Below, piece by piece: positions 27,052 through 38,734 of a DNA stretch of 48,016 nucleotides. The position numbers and the translations under genes are program-made. Position 1 is the first letter of the stretch. Each line of letters opens with the position of its first letter. The notes under the pieces are model-generated. The model was not told the DNA's origin and did not search any database. It saw only the letters and a program-made list of their open reading frames with translations. The DNA lies in assembly GCA_018398765.1 (NCBI GenBank), contig JAHBMJ010000462.1, forward strand, positions 1 to 48,016, given 5' to 3'. The stretch is from Chromera velia (taxonomy: Eukaryota).

Positions 27052-29192
27052 TCATCCATATATGCACCTGTAAAGCATCCCGCCCTCCCGTGCTTCTCGT
27101 GCAGCCTCTTTTACAACTTTTCTAGTGCCTATCATTTGGTTCAGCGAAAGGCCTTCGGTGCATGCAGCGCTCGATACAGCCGTTTCTCCACGAATTCCGA
27201 AGAGATCCGGAGCGTTTCGAAGCTTCATGCACCCTTTCCTACCTTTCCGGCCCTTCCCTTCCCCGTCTGTGACTGTACATAGGCCGTCGATCAAGCCTCC
27301 GTCTGGGTTCTCCCCCTCCCCTCACTGGCAGGCTGGGGCTCGACGGAAACTGCATGCGTCCTCGAAAGCCTGCCAGAAGGCCTCCTCTGAGACGGGCTGG
27401 ATCTCCGACGGATTCCACACGGTGAAATCATTATCCATCAGGACCTTCTGCACACACATTGACACTCACGTACGTTGGAATTGATGGACTCGCTCTTGTT
27501 CATGCAGAAGTCAGAACAAAGAACAAGAACGAGGATCCCGACAGAATGACTGTCCCTTTTGAGTTTCCATGCACACAGACCGGCAGAAAATAACGCCAAC
27601 AAAAAATCAAACAACAAAAGCCTACAGAAAATACTCGGAAGCAGGGAAACCATGCAGAGTGAAGGCAACGGGTCCCATCCAACACCGCACATAGCATGAA
27701 GACAGGGGAAAGAAAGAATCACACCCCACAAGCACAACAAAAAAGAGGCTGCGCACACTTGACTGGCCGACAAGCCGATCCTTTCTCATCCAGTCTTTTC
27801 ACTGACCACAGCTCTCTCTGAGGGAGTCACCGGCACGAATCTGCTGCCTTCAGCTCTACGTGCGGCAATTCGTGAAAGGACGTCCTTCAGGGCACAGTGA
27901 GAGAGGTCCGCCCTCTGCTTTTGGTGCAGCTGGCCCGCGACATTCATCTCAAAGCGCACTTTGAGATCTGCTTCCGGATCCCCCCCCTCAGCACCCTGGC
28001 AAGGGGTCACATGCATTCATCATCTTCACCACCAGAGCGCACTGGCCCTGGGCCTCCCCCGCTGCCCCTTCTCGACCTCCCTCATCCCGACGCTTCTTCG
28101 CGATACCCAGAACGAACTGCAACCTCTCCCAGAAGACATCCCAGCGTTCATCCGACATCGCTCTGCACACAGCACATACAAGCACTGTGTGCAGACACGT
28201 ATGCTATAAGTTAAACAGTCTCCGAAAGGCAGACCTCTGGACACAGAGCCCTTACTCGTGACACAGACGGGCAGACACAGACTCTGAGACACCGTGACAG
28301 ACACAGGGAGAGACACAGCCGTCGTCATTCCCCTCGTATACACTCCAGGAAATGAAGGCGAGAGACAGACACAGAGAGAGACACAGCCGTCCTCATTCCC
28401 CTCGTATACACTCCAGGAAATGAAGGCGAGAGACAGACACAGAGAGACACAGAGAGAGACACAGCCGTCCTCATTCCCCTCGTATACACTCCAGGAAATG
28501 AAGGCGAGAGACAGACACAGAGAGAGACAGCCGTCGCCATTCCCCTCGTATACACTCCAAGAAATGAAGGCGAGAGACAGACACAGAGAGAGACACAGCC
28601 ATCGTCATTCCCCTCGTATACACTCCAGGAAATGAAGGCGAGAGACAGACACAGAGAGAGACACAGCCGTCCTCATTCCCCTCGTATACACTCCAGGAAA
28701 TGAAGGTGAGAGACAGACACAGAGAGAGACACAGCCGTCCTCATTCCCCTCGTATACACTCCAGGAAATGAAGGCGAGAGACAGACACAGAGAGATACAG
28801 AGAGAGACACAGCCGTCCTCATTCCCCTCGTATACACTCCAGGAAATGAAGGCGAGAGACAGACACAGAGAGAGACANNNNNNNNNNNNNNNNNNNNNNN
28901 NNNNNNNNNNNNNNNNNNNNNNNNNNNNNNNNNNNNNNNNNNNNNNNNNNNNNNNNNNNNNNNNNNNNNNNNNNNNNNNNNNNNNNNNNNNNNNNNNNNN
29001 NNNNNNNNNNNNNNNNNNNNNNNNNNNNNNNNNNNNNNNNNNNNNNNNNNNNNNNNNNNNNNNNNNNNNNNNNNNNNNNNNNNNNNNNNNNNNNNNNNNN
29101 NNNNNNNNNNNNNNNNNNNNNNNNNNNNNNNNNNNNNNNNNNNNNNNNNNNNNNNNNNNNNNNNNNNNNNNNNNNNNNNNNNNNNNNNNNNN

Positions 29193-29258
<66 letters not shown>

Positions 29259-30307
29259 ATATAATTAATTATAAGCGGCCAGACCTTCTCTGCGCCTCGT
29301 TGTCCCTCTTCCGCTTCTTCTCCTCCTGTCGAAGTTGCAGGTTCTGGTGTTCCAGCTCGCTTCTCATCTTCCTCTCCTCTCTCAGTTTCGCTTCCAGGAA
29401 GGACATGTGGGCGCGCATGTAGTCCTGCATGTGCTTGTCCATGTGCTTTCTCTTCATTTTCATTCCGCATCCCTCCACTTGGCAGATCTCCTCCCTCTCG
29501 GGGCACTCCTCCAGATGCGCTTTCATGGAGAGAGGGCCCTCAGGGAGGCACTGCTCGCACGCGTCACACTTGAAGGTGGTGCCGATCTGAGCGAGGCACA
29601 ACTGTGTGTGGCTCTCCCTGTCTCTTGGGAGAAGAGGGGCCCGACAGATGTCACAGGGAAGAGTCGCATCGCAGGAAGCCTGATGGTCCTCCAGTTGGTT
29701 TCGTTGCACGCGTCTGTTGCACGCCAAGTAGGTGAACACCGCGAAAGGGCATTCCCTCTCGACGTGTGTGATCATTTCCTCAACCGACCCGACGAATTTG
29801 CAGCCCATGTCCTTGTGCACACACGTCCAGCAGAAACTCTCCCCGAGTGAACTGAACAACAGATGTCGAGAGTTTTCTGCTTTCTGTGGCTTCTTCTTTG
29901 CAGATAGGACATTTGAGTGTGGGCAGGGGGTCGTTTTTGCCAGAAGTTTCCGATTCTGCGTCTTGCGACTGTTCTTCCACTTGATGAGCATAATGCTTGT
30001 CGATGCACACTTGGCAGAACATGTGGCCGTCTTCGCCAGTCTGGCAGTTCAGCACACGCGGGTTGTTGAGAAGGGAAAGACAGAGCCTGCAAATGAAGCG
30101 CTGCACCTTGGCTTTATCCTCCTCCAATGCATTTCCAGAAGAGAACATATCGTCGTGTTCGAGGACTTCCCGAGAGAACAGTGGCGCAGCATTGGGAGGG
30201 GACGTCAGAGTGAACGTCGAGTGAGTCGACTCAGAGATTCCCTGTGAGGATCTCTGTCGGCCCGCCACTGCCGCCAGTTGTTGTAGAGCTCCCAGTAGAC
30301 AGTTCAT
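27052..30307 (-). pseudogene. RING + TRAF-type zinc-finger protein, frameshifted (probable pseudogene)
   Basis: RING (CRLC..C..GHMFCQVC..CPIC) is in ORF 29780-30307. TRAF fingers (CVHKDMGC..H..ECPF; H..SCDATLPCDIC; HLEECPEREEICQVEGC..H) and a coiled coil are in ORF 29269-29991, a different frame, with no intron apparent at the junction (~29830-29870). Probable downstream exon remnants at ~28165-27786 and ~27445-27052 carry further stops or shifts. Confidence 0.7.
28300..28877. repeat. Minisatellite, ~66-80 bp unit, at least 8 copies, running into a gap
   Basis: Core 'cattcccctcgtatacactccaggaaatgaaggcgagagacagacacagagag' repeats with variable (GA/CA) linkers. Gap at 28878-29192. Confidence 0.95.
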
Positions 30308-31047
30308 TGCCAGAGAAAAAGTCTGACTCTGAACAGAACGACGGCCCTCTCCACCAGGCAGAAACTCGAGTCAACCCCGCAAACCAGCAGGTACACAGGA
30401 GTGATTCCCGACTTGTCGGGCTCACCGTCCGTCGACTCAGATCTGCACGGTGCTTCGGATCCTTCTCGGCTGTATCCGCAAAGAGTATTGCGAAAGGGAG
30501 CTGGCACTTTCCAGCAATGCAAGGAAGGAAGGAAGGAAATCTTTTTGGTGTCTGTTGGGCAGATCTGGCGCCTCAATTAATTGCGCAAACACTGACCCTC
30601 GTACTGTATTAATAACTTGACACTGATGTGCAATGATCACGTTTCTTCTCTCATGACCCCGGAAAGCGAAGCGGGGGGTACTTACAAAACAATATACCCC
30701 GGGCCGCGGGCCGAATGGCCAATTAACTCACGGGCGGCGGCGCGCTCGAGCCAGGGCCGGGGAGAGGATCTTGCATGCAAATGCATGTGCATTGCGACGA
30801 AATCAAGACCGACTCGATCTTTTTAATTACTTCTTAACTACACTAAACGGTTAATTCAATTTGTTGCCAAGCCTCGAGCTGCAACGAGAGCATATATCGA
30901 TATGTAGACCACTTTTGAAAGTAAGTGACATGCACTCTGAACCGACTGAAATTTCCCCCACACCCTGTGTGCGCTCAGCGTGACCTTTCGCGAGTCCTCA
31001 AAAAGTGGGGAGGCGACGATCGATTTGAAGATTGACTGACCTTGACG

Positions 31048-34000
31048 ATGAAACCAAACCTCTTTCAAGACGCGACCCGCACAGAGGCGCTGCGTCGTCA
31101 ATTGGAGTCAATGAAATGGCCCTTTCTATGCTATGCGGCGCCGCCAGCGGTTCTATTCGTGAGTCTCTTGTCTTTCCTTGGAGTTTTTTCAGGTGTTGTG
31201 GTGGTGACTACAGGGTTGGCTGCTGTTTCACTGGTGACATTTCCTCTCGCTTCGCTGCAATTCGGGAAGAACATGGACATAGCGGCGGCACTGATGCTAA
31301 GTGTTTGTGCACTCAACGGGCACTTCACGATGACGCGCCTCCCCCCTGAAACGTCCCCTGAAGAAGTGCAGTTCCATCACGTCGCATCTTTTATCTTTAC
31401 TGCAACGACCGGCAGCCTCCTGCAGTATAGAACGTCTGTCTTCTGTGCATACATGTGTTCATCGGTTGGGTCTTGATGAGAATCTACACACTGAAAGACG
31501 CAACCGTAGATTTTCACATGAAGACAACATTTTCTTTCATCACCATCGTTGCCATCCTGTGCCTTTTGGTTCGGTACCTCAGCAGGGGGGCGTTCCTTGC
31601 AGGGGTGGAGTTGGACAGACTCGCACAGTACACAGAGCAGCTAAAGGGGGAGGTAGAGCACGAAAAAGACCAGAAACACAGCTTCCTTGCCTATATCATG
31701 CATGAGGTGAGGAACCCCCTGAGTGCTGCCTGTCTGCTGATGTGCGAACAAGAGACGTTGATTGCAGAGATGAAACTAGTGACAGCCAAGATGAAGGACA
31801 GAAAGAGGCAACAGCCTGAAGAACGAGGGCAGTTGGCTGAGATTGAACCCCTCCTGGAGTCCCTGGACAGTCTTTCGAAGACAGTGCAGTCTCAGATAGA
31901 TCAGATGGGGTCGATATGCAATGACGTTCTCCACTTGGAAAAACTCGCCAGTGGGAAGTTTGAGTACAATGTGAGCTTGGGAAATCTGACGAATTTCTTT
32001 TCGCACACAGCAAAGGAAGCAGAGACAGTTCTGAAGCAGAAAGACGTGGCTTTGAAGACAGAAATCGTCCTGGACCCTGAACTTTCGAAGAAGCAGAAAA
32101 CAATCTCAACATGGGCCGATTTCCCTCGATTCCGACAAGTGAGTCAGTCACGCAATCCACATGACACACATGTATTTATTGATCCATACATCAAACGACT
32201 TTTCTCTCTTCCGTTCCTTTTGGTATTCCCTCTCTTTCCTTCTTTTCACTTGGACGTTCGAATTTTCTGTCGTGTCTGCTCTTCTCTTCGCAATCGAACG
32301 CTGCCCCTCCTTTTCTTATCCTTTGCGGCTTCTGCTTTCTTTCTGGTGCTTAGTCTGTTTAATTGAGGCCTGTGCACTCCCGTGACTTCGACTGGGTTCC
32401 TGACTTCTCAAAAGCTTGGCCCAGACCCTAGCGCGCGCTCTCTCTCTCTCTCTTTCTCTCTCTCGATTCACGTTCTCTTCCCCCCCTCTGCTGACCCACG
32501 CATGCAGGTGCTGTCCAACTTTATGTCCAACGCTCGGAAGTTCACCCCCAAGAGGGGAGCGGTCACATTCCGTATGGAAGTCTCCGCCCTCCCCGTCCCC
32601 CCCACTCACCATGCTCCGGGAAACTGTGCCCACGCATCCCAACTCCCCGACCGCGCGTTCTCCTTCAACCAGAACAACCCAGCCGAAAACCCCCAATGGA
32701 TTCGCATCCGATTCTCAGTCAGGGACACCGGCTTCGGCATTGCCGTCGAGGACATCCCGAAGCTCTTCAAACCCTACGCACAAATCAGAGCAGGGGAGCA
32801 GCAACCGGGGGTTGGGCACAGGTCTAGGCCTCTGTATCTGCAGGGTCTTCGTAGAGGCTCATTGTGGAGGGAACGCTGGGGCCCTCTCCAAAGGAGCCGG
32901 GCAGGGATCTGAGTTTTTCTTCGAGTTCGATTCACCCCTGGCAGCCGTACCAGAAGTATCAAACGAGTATCCCAACACAGTCGAGGGCGACGTCGGAGTA
33001 ATGCTCTGTAAGGAAATGCCCTCTTCCTCTTCTCCAACGGGGGTTCCAATGAAACCCCGACGTCTGAGCACCTTCACTGTCGGTACCGACCCAGCCGAGC
33101 TTTCCCCGAGTGGCTCCCCTGTTTTTTCGAATTACGCAAGAGGAGAGCAGTCAGAGGTGCTTCCTCGACAAAGGTCGCATTCAGTCACCCTGACTGAGAG
33201 CCCCCAGTCTGTGCAATCCCGCTTGACTCCCTCTTGGCCCATCTCTCCCAGCAGTGCAACTTTGAGAGAACGGAGAGGGTCTCCACATTCCGGGAGCACA
33301 AAGAGTGAGATGCCGTCCGTTTCGCTTGTTGTTTCTGAGTCAGGCCCCAGGAGAATTAGTCTTTCGGGTCATCCAGGGGAAGTTCCTCAGGAGTGCGAGA
33401 AAACGTTGCTTGAAAAGGCTCAGACACAAGACTGCTTTAGAAAGGGAAAGAAACACACAGCTGATGTTCTAGTGGTGGATGGCAACGCAGTCTGTCAGAT
33501 GGCGGTCTCGTTGGCGTTGCGCCGAATGGGGTTTTCGGTCGAGTTGTCAGGAGACGGCCTGGCTGCTGTGTCCCGATTCAGAGAGGGGGAACGGTATCGG
33601 TTGGTGTTAGTCGATCGGAATATACCCAAAATGGAGGGCCCAGAAGCAATCAGAGAAATCTTGGCCCATCTCCAGAACGCCTCGCCTTCCTTTCCCCCTC
33701 CAGTTTTCGCCGGTCTGACGGGGCAAACAGAGAGATGTAACGACTTCGAAGAAGCGGGGGCAGTGAAAACGGTGTTGAAGCCGATCACCTCGAAGAATCT
33801 GGAGGCCGTTTTTGAAGAGTTGGACTTTGACAATTTGTGCCGAGGGGATCGTCATTGCAGACAGGATTTTCAAAGTGATTTGGGGGGGAATTCAAGATCA
33901 ACAAGGGGGGGGGAAACCGCCTCTGCGTGCAGAGGGGATGTGTCAGTGTGTGGGCCAAAGCGGGACTCCAAGGGGGGGGGTCAGTCGAATGCAGAAGTTG

Positions 34001-34197
34001 AAGTGTGGGGCGATGTTTTTAATGCGCAGAAGAGTGCACAGTACGGCATCCATCCCGATGAACGAAATTGTGCATGTACTTTGGGTGCAGGCACCGTGAA
34101 GCAGCAAGCTGCCTGCTTTGTGTGCTCGGCAATTTTATCGATTTTTCATCTTCATACATTTTCCTCGAAATTTTTGTTCATAATTAATGCACAATGA
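31048..34197 (+). pseudogene. Hybrid sensor histidine kinase (TM region + HisKA + HATPase_c + receiver) with two apparent frameshifts
   Basis: H-box FLAYIMHEVRNPL. Intron 32139-32507 joins DFPRFRQ|VLSNFMSNARKFT (N-box). G1 VRDTGFGI, F-box LFKPYAQ, G2 GTGLGLCIC. Receiver VLVVDGN..LVLVDRNIPKMEG..LTG..VLKP. The frame changes at ~31455-31465 and ~32805-32812 without introns. Confidence 0.88.
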
Positions 34198-35943
34198 TGC
34201 GATGCGTAAGAAAAGAGCCTCCAAACCTTCTCATGCTTGTGTGAAGTGTGCACGTCTTGTGCATGCTCGGTGTTTGACCCCATGCTTCTCTTGCATGAAT
34301 CCAATTGGATTGGTGGCCCTGTCAGATGTGTTTTCTTCCGTCGTTATGTGTCGTCTTCTCCTAACTGTTGCAGCCTATTAATTCCCTGGTTCATTTGCTT
34401 TCCTTCGTTTACTGACTCTCTACGTCTTGTTTGTTGGCCTGCCCTTGACTCTCTCTCGTGCTCTTTTTCCAGAAAAGTGGCAGACAGACACACTCGTGAG
34501 CATATCCTCTATTGACGTGATTGCACTCAAAATTTATTGACCGAATCGAACCGGTGGGGGGGGGGCGGGAGGGACAGGTGACTGGGTTACTGTCTTGACG
34601 TTTGTTTGTTTGTTTAGTTGTTCGACTGTTTATAGTTCAGCCTGTCTCTCTGGCTGACCTTCTTCTGTCCTTGCAACAACTCAGAAAACTGTAAACCCAT
34701 ACACACACATGAACACATGCGCAGAGTCACATACATTATCTCTTGAGAGAGCGCATCAAAGGTCCTGAGAGCCGATAGTCGAACAAAACAGTGGCCATCC
34801 ACTTATCACGATTGTGTACGCAGGTACGCGAGCATTCAAGATCTTACCTAAAGCATGTCGAGATAATTGTAGAGATTTCTGGAGGCTTGCTTTTTTTATG
34901 TTTTAAAAAGTGGCAGTATAAGGGGCTGGCGTCAAACCCCACAAAGAAACTCCCTGCGGGCCTAAAAAAAAAACAAAGAAGGAACCCATGTACCCCGACC
35001 CATGCTGGCGCAACAACATAAAGGCAGTGCACGTGTAAATACGCACGTGTACTTGCATTGTCCCGCGTTCATTGTTGAGCAGTCCATACTCACACCCACT
35101 TACGCAGAACCACAGAGGGGCAGAAGAAGAGGAACAGGGGGAGGGAGGACGAGGTCGCCTGTCAAGGCAGGTCTGATCTCAAAAAGGATAAAAGCCGGAA
35201 GTTCAAGAATTCAAGGCACACGCAGACATCCGGCGACCAAAAAGTGCCGTCACAAGGCGTACCCAGTCAATTTCTGGCATCGAGGTTTCAGGGCATCTTC
35301 CGGCAAATCAACAGTCTAGCCACAATGGAAGAGGGGTGCAAAAAGGAGAGCGACGGCCGTATGGGGAGTAGCAGCGCGCTTTCCCTGAAGGTGTCCTCGG
35401 CTTGCTGTTGCATCCTGGGGACGTCTTGTTCCGCGGCCTAATACACCCAGTAGTAGTATGCCACCCTGAAATTGCCTAGGAAGTTGTTCTTATTGATGTA
35501 CACTCTTAGGTATACAACAGTTCACACAATCTCACTTTTGATTCTAGGTGAGAATCTACAGGCGACCTGCTTAATTATTTTAACGCGATGGCTATAGTAC
35601 AGTAGCAAGATCTTACCAAAATTGTTTAAACTTACTGAAGATTATTATTTCTATGAAACTTTTAAATTAAAGTGACTTCTTAGCTAGCTTTTTAGATGAT
35701 TTCCTTAAATAAATCTTGAAATTACAAACTAAAAAAAATAATGCATAGATATAAATTGATCGAAAATTGAATTGAGGCATGCAGTTAAAGCCGGTGAGCG
35801 TACCACTTGCCAATGGCTGGGCTCTGGCCAACTGTAAAGCATGACATGCAACGTTCAAGTTTGTTTGTTTGTAATCAAAATATGTAGATCGGTGCAGATA
35901 TAATAAAAAATATAAAGTATCGAAAGAAGGAACCAACTCCCAT

Positions 35944-36174
35944 GCGTCGGCTAAATAGCTAGAGAAAAAAAAAATAAACGACCAGGGGAGATCTTTTTTT
36001 TCTTTCTTTCTTTTTTACTTTTTTACCCTCAACAACAGCTAACAACAGTTGTGCAACACCTGAACAACACCTGTGCAATACTTGAATAACAGTTGTTTGA
36101 CTGAAAAAGAAAAAAAGGAAAAAAAAAAAGTAAAGGGTTTAGGGGGTTCTTTTTTTTTTTTCTTTAGCCGACGC
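35944..36174. mobile_element. MITE-like element, copy 1
   Basis: Perfect 12-bp inverted ends GCGTCGGCTAAA/TTTAGCCGACGC. Interior has A/T tracts and AACAAC/GCAACAC repeats, homologous to copy 2. Confidence 0.65.
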
Positions 36175-36290
36175 CGGCCTAGCTCCTATATATGCATTTT
36201 AAATCACTTTTTTTAATTATTTTATATTTTTTTCCGCCGAAATTCTTGGTGTTTTTGGTAGTTTTTGGTATTTTCCTACTGCTTTCGTCT

Positions 36291-36506
36291 TAGCCGCCGG
36301 CTAGAGGAAAAAAAAAAAGTAGACGATCTCAGGAGATCTTTTTTTTTTTACTTTTTGACCCTGAACAATACTTAACAACAGTTGTGCAACACACAAACAA
36401 CACTTGTGTAACAGTTGAACAACAGTTGTTTGACTGAAAAAGAAAAAAAAAAAAATAGACGATCTAGGGAGACCTTTTTTTATTTTTTTTCTTTAGCCGG
36501 CGCCTA
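36291..36506. mobile_element. MITE-like element, copy 2
   Basis: TIR TAGCCGCCGGCTA versus reverse complement TAGGCGCCGGCTA (12/13). Flanked by GCTTTCGTC(T) and GCTTTCGTC(A), a 9-10 bp TSD. Confidence 0.7.
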
Positions 36507-38151
36507 GCTTTCGTCACGACGTCACCGGCAAAAAATTTATAAGGCTTTAATACTAAGTATAACTTGCTGTATAAGGCTAGTCTGTATTATAATCGCTAGA
36601 ATATTTTATATAAGGCTATACTGATAATGTAACATTGTGACTAGGCCCAGGGCAGTAGGGTTTGATCTAGTTACTAGCTATGGCTATGCATTAAATTGTT
36701 AGTCCCAGTTAAGCATGATGTTGAAAACTTACTAGAAAGCTTACTGTTTATTCAGATCTGTCCTTCCTCCAAACCGGCTAGCGTATATAGACTTCCTGGA
36801 TGTTCTTGGACAGATCTCAACTTTAGTGTCTGTGTCTGTGTAGTCTGCTCTACGTACAAGATGAGAGCCTGTCCCAAGACATACCTACCAGTCGGACCTC
36901 CTGATTAGAGTCTTTCAGTAGCAAGCTCAATCAAGCCAGCCTCTTGTGTATTGATCTGTATTGTAATGCATGCAAGCTTTGCATTCAATGCGTCTCTCTA
37001 TATTGTAATATGCATGCGCGACGGAGATTCGGTTGGGGACATCTTTCTGGTTCTGTATTAATTCAGCCATGCAGTTCGCTCGGCTAGTCGCTCGGCGTGC
37101 ACGCAGAAGATGAGTCCTGCCTAACTCGGCTTCTCTGGCGCACGAAATACACATAACGCGCTATAACACACGCTCGCTCTGCTTACATGTTTCTTTCTGC
37201 TTATAACTGTGATGTACTCTTAAAGTTTGAAGACTTCCTATATTTCTCTCTGTCTGCATACGGGACGATCCATAATAACCACTCACCCCCACAAGTTTGT
37301 TCGTCCTGAACAAATTCAGGAACGAAGTCTTCATTCATGCTGTCTTCATTTTATACCTGCATACATATCATTTTTACTTCATCTCAATGATTCTAGCCAC
37401 CTATACCGGCAATCAAAGACTCCCCAACAGTTTGCATTCCGTCGGACACATGACATGAAGATGCGTTGAGAGATACAAAGAATACAGAAGAAGATCGAAC
37501 GTATAAAATATCAAGGAGGTTCACTCTCGTTCTTTCCCTCATTCATTTATCATGGGTTTGCAAGATGGTCTGCCTTTTTAGCATGGATGCGGCTTCCAAA
37601 CCAAAAGCCATCAAGCTGACATTTAAGAAACGGTCATTCATACGTATGGACACAAAATTTAATCCAAAGACAAAGATGGGCGGTTAATTGGCGCAAATTG
37701 CAAAAAGACGTGAGGTGAGAAAGGATAGAGGTGAGAATTGAACAAACAACTTTTCCACACATACGGTTCTGATTGTTGCTCTCCCTTCCATATTTCTTCT
37801 TCACTTCATTTTTCCATCATTTTAACTTAACTCAATCCTCTTCTTTTTGTCTTTCTCCCTTCTCTTTTTCTTTCTATTCTCTTTCCTTTTTTTTTTTGGC
37901 TTTGCGTGTACGCTCTCAATCTTTCTACTTCTCTGCTCTTTCTGTCTCTTTCTCTCTCTCTTCTCTCTTCTCTCCTCAGTTCTCTTCTGTCTTCTCACTT
38001 CTGGGTCGGTCAACAGTACATCTTCCTTTCTCTAACTCGTTTCTTCTTTTCTTCTCATAGTGCAAGCACCTCCTGCCTGCTCTGCTATCTTCTCAGGCTT
38101 CCACTGACATGCCCTCACAGAAGACTTTCCTTTCTCCCTCTCATCATTCCG

Positions 38152-38734
38152 CTAGGGGGGGGCACTTCAGCCACTTATACTATGGTTACTAACCCTACAC
38201 CCCCCCCCCTACAACGTGTGACATGTAACTAGTATCAGTCAAAAGGGGTGCCAATCGATTAGTTACATTTGGTTACTCATAAAACTGGCTTCAAGATTGT
38301 TAAACAATTCAGGTTATGGTCAAAAATGATGAAAAATGATGTATTACACTCACTTTACCCCCAAACACCCCGTAACCGGGTAACCCGTAACCTTTTTTAA
38401 CCCCCCTCAAAAATGAAATAACCTCCCTCAAAAAGCATTCAAACGTGTTCTAAACATCATTTTGAATGTTTTTAAAAGTTGAAAATTTGGTTGGTTACTG
38501 AGCTTAAAATGCTCGTAACCGGGTAACCTGTAACCTCTTTGTGTGACAAAGATAAAAAGGGGGTAACCCAAAGTAACCACGTAGCCTACACTTCAAAAAT
38601 ATCAGATTTCGACATAACTTGACTAAGTGGAGCTCCAAGTTGCCGGACTGGCTCGCAAAAATTTATTTTTGTTCATATTTTGTATTATTTTGGGCTCAAA
38701 ATCTACCATAACCTTCCAGAGTGCCCCCCTCTAG
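38152..38734. mobile_element. Non-autonomous TIR DNA transposon (583 bp) nested in the LTR element
   Basis: TIR CTAGGGGGGGGCACT versus reverse complement CTAGAGGGGGGCACT (14/15). 8-bp TSD TCATTCCG/TCGTTCCG (7/8). Repeated GTAACC motifs inside. Confidence 0.8.

Noticed and set aside
28300..28877. Regularly spaced conserved repeat resembling a CRISPR array
   Set aside because: The linkers are near-identical GA/CA microsatellite variants rather than unique spacers. There are no cas genes, and the context is eukaryotic.
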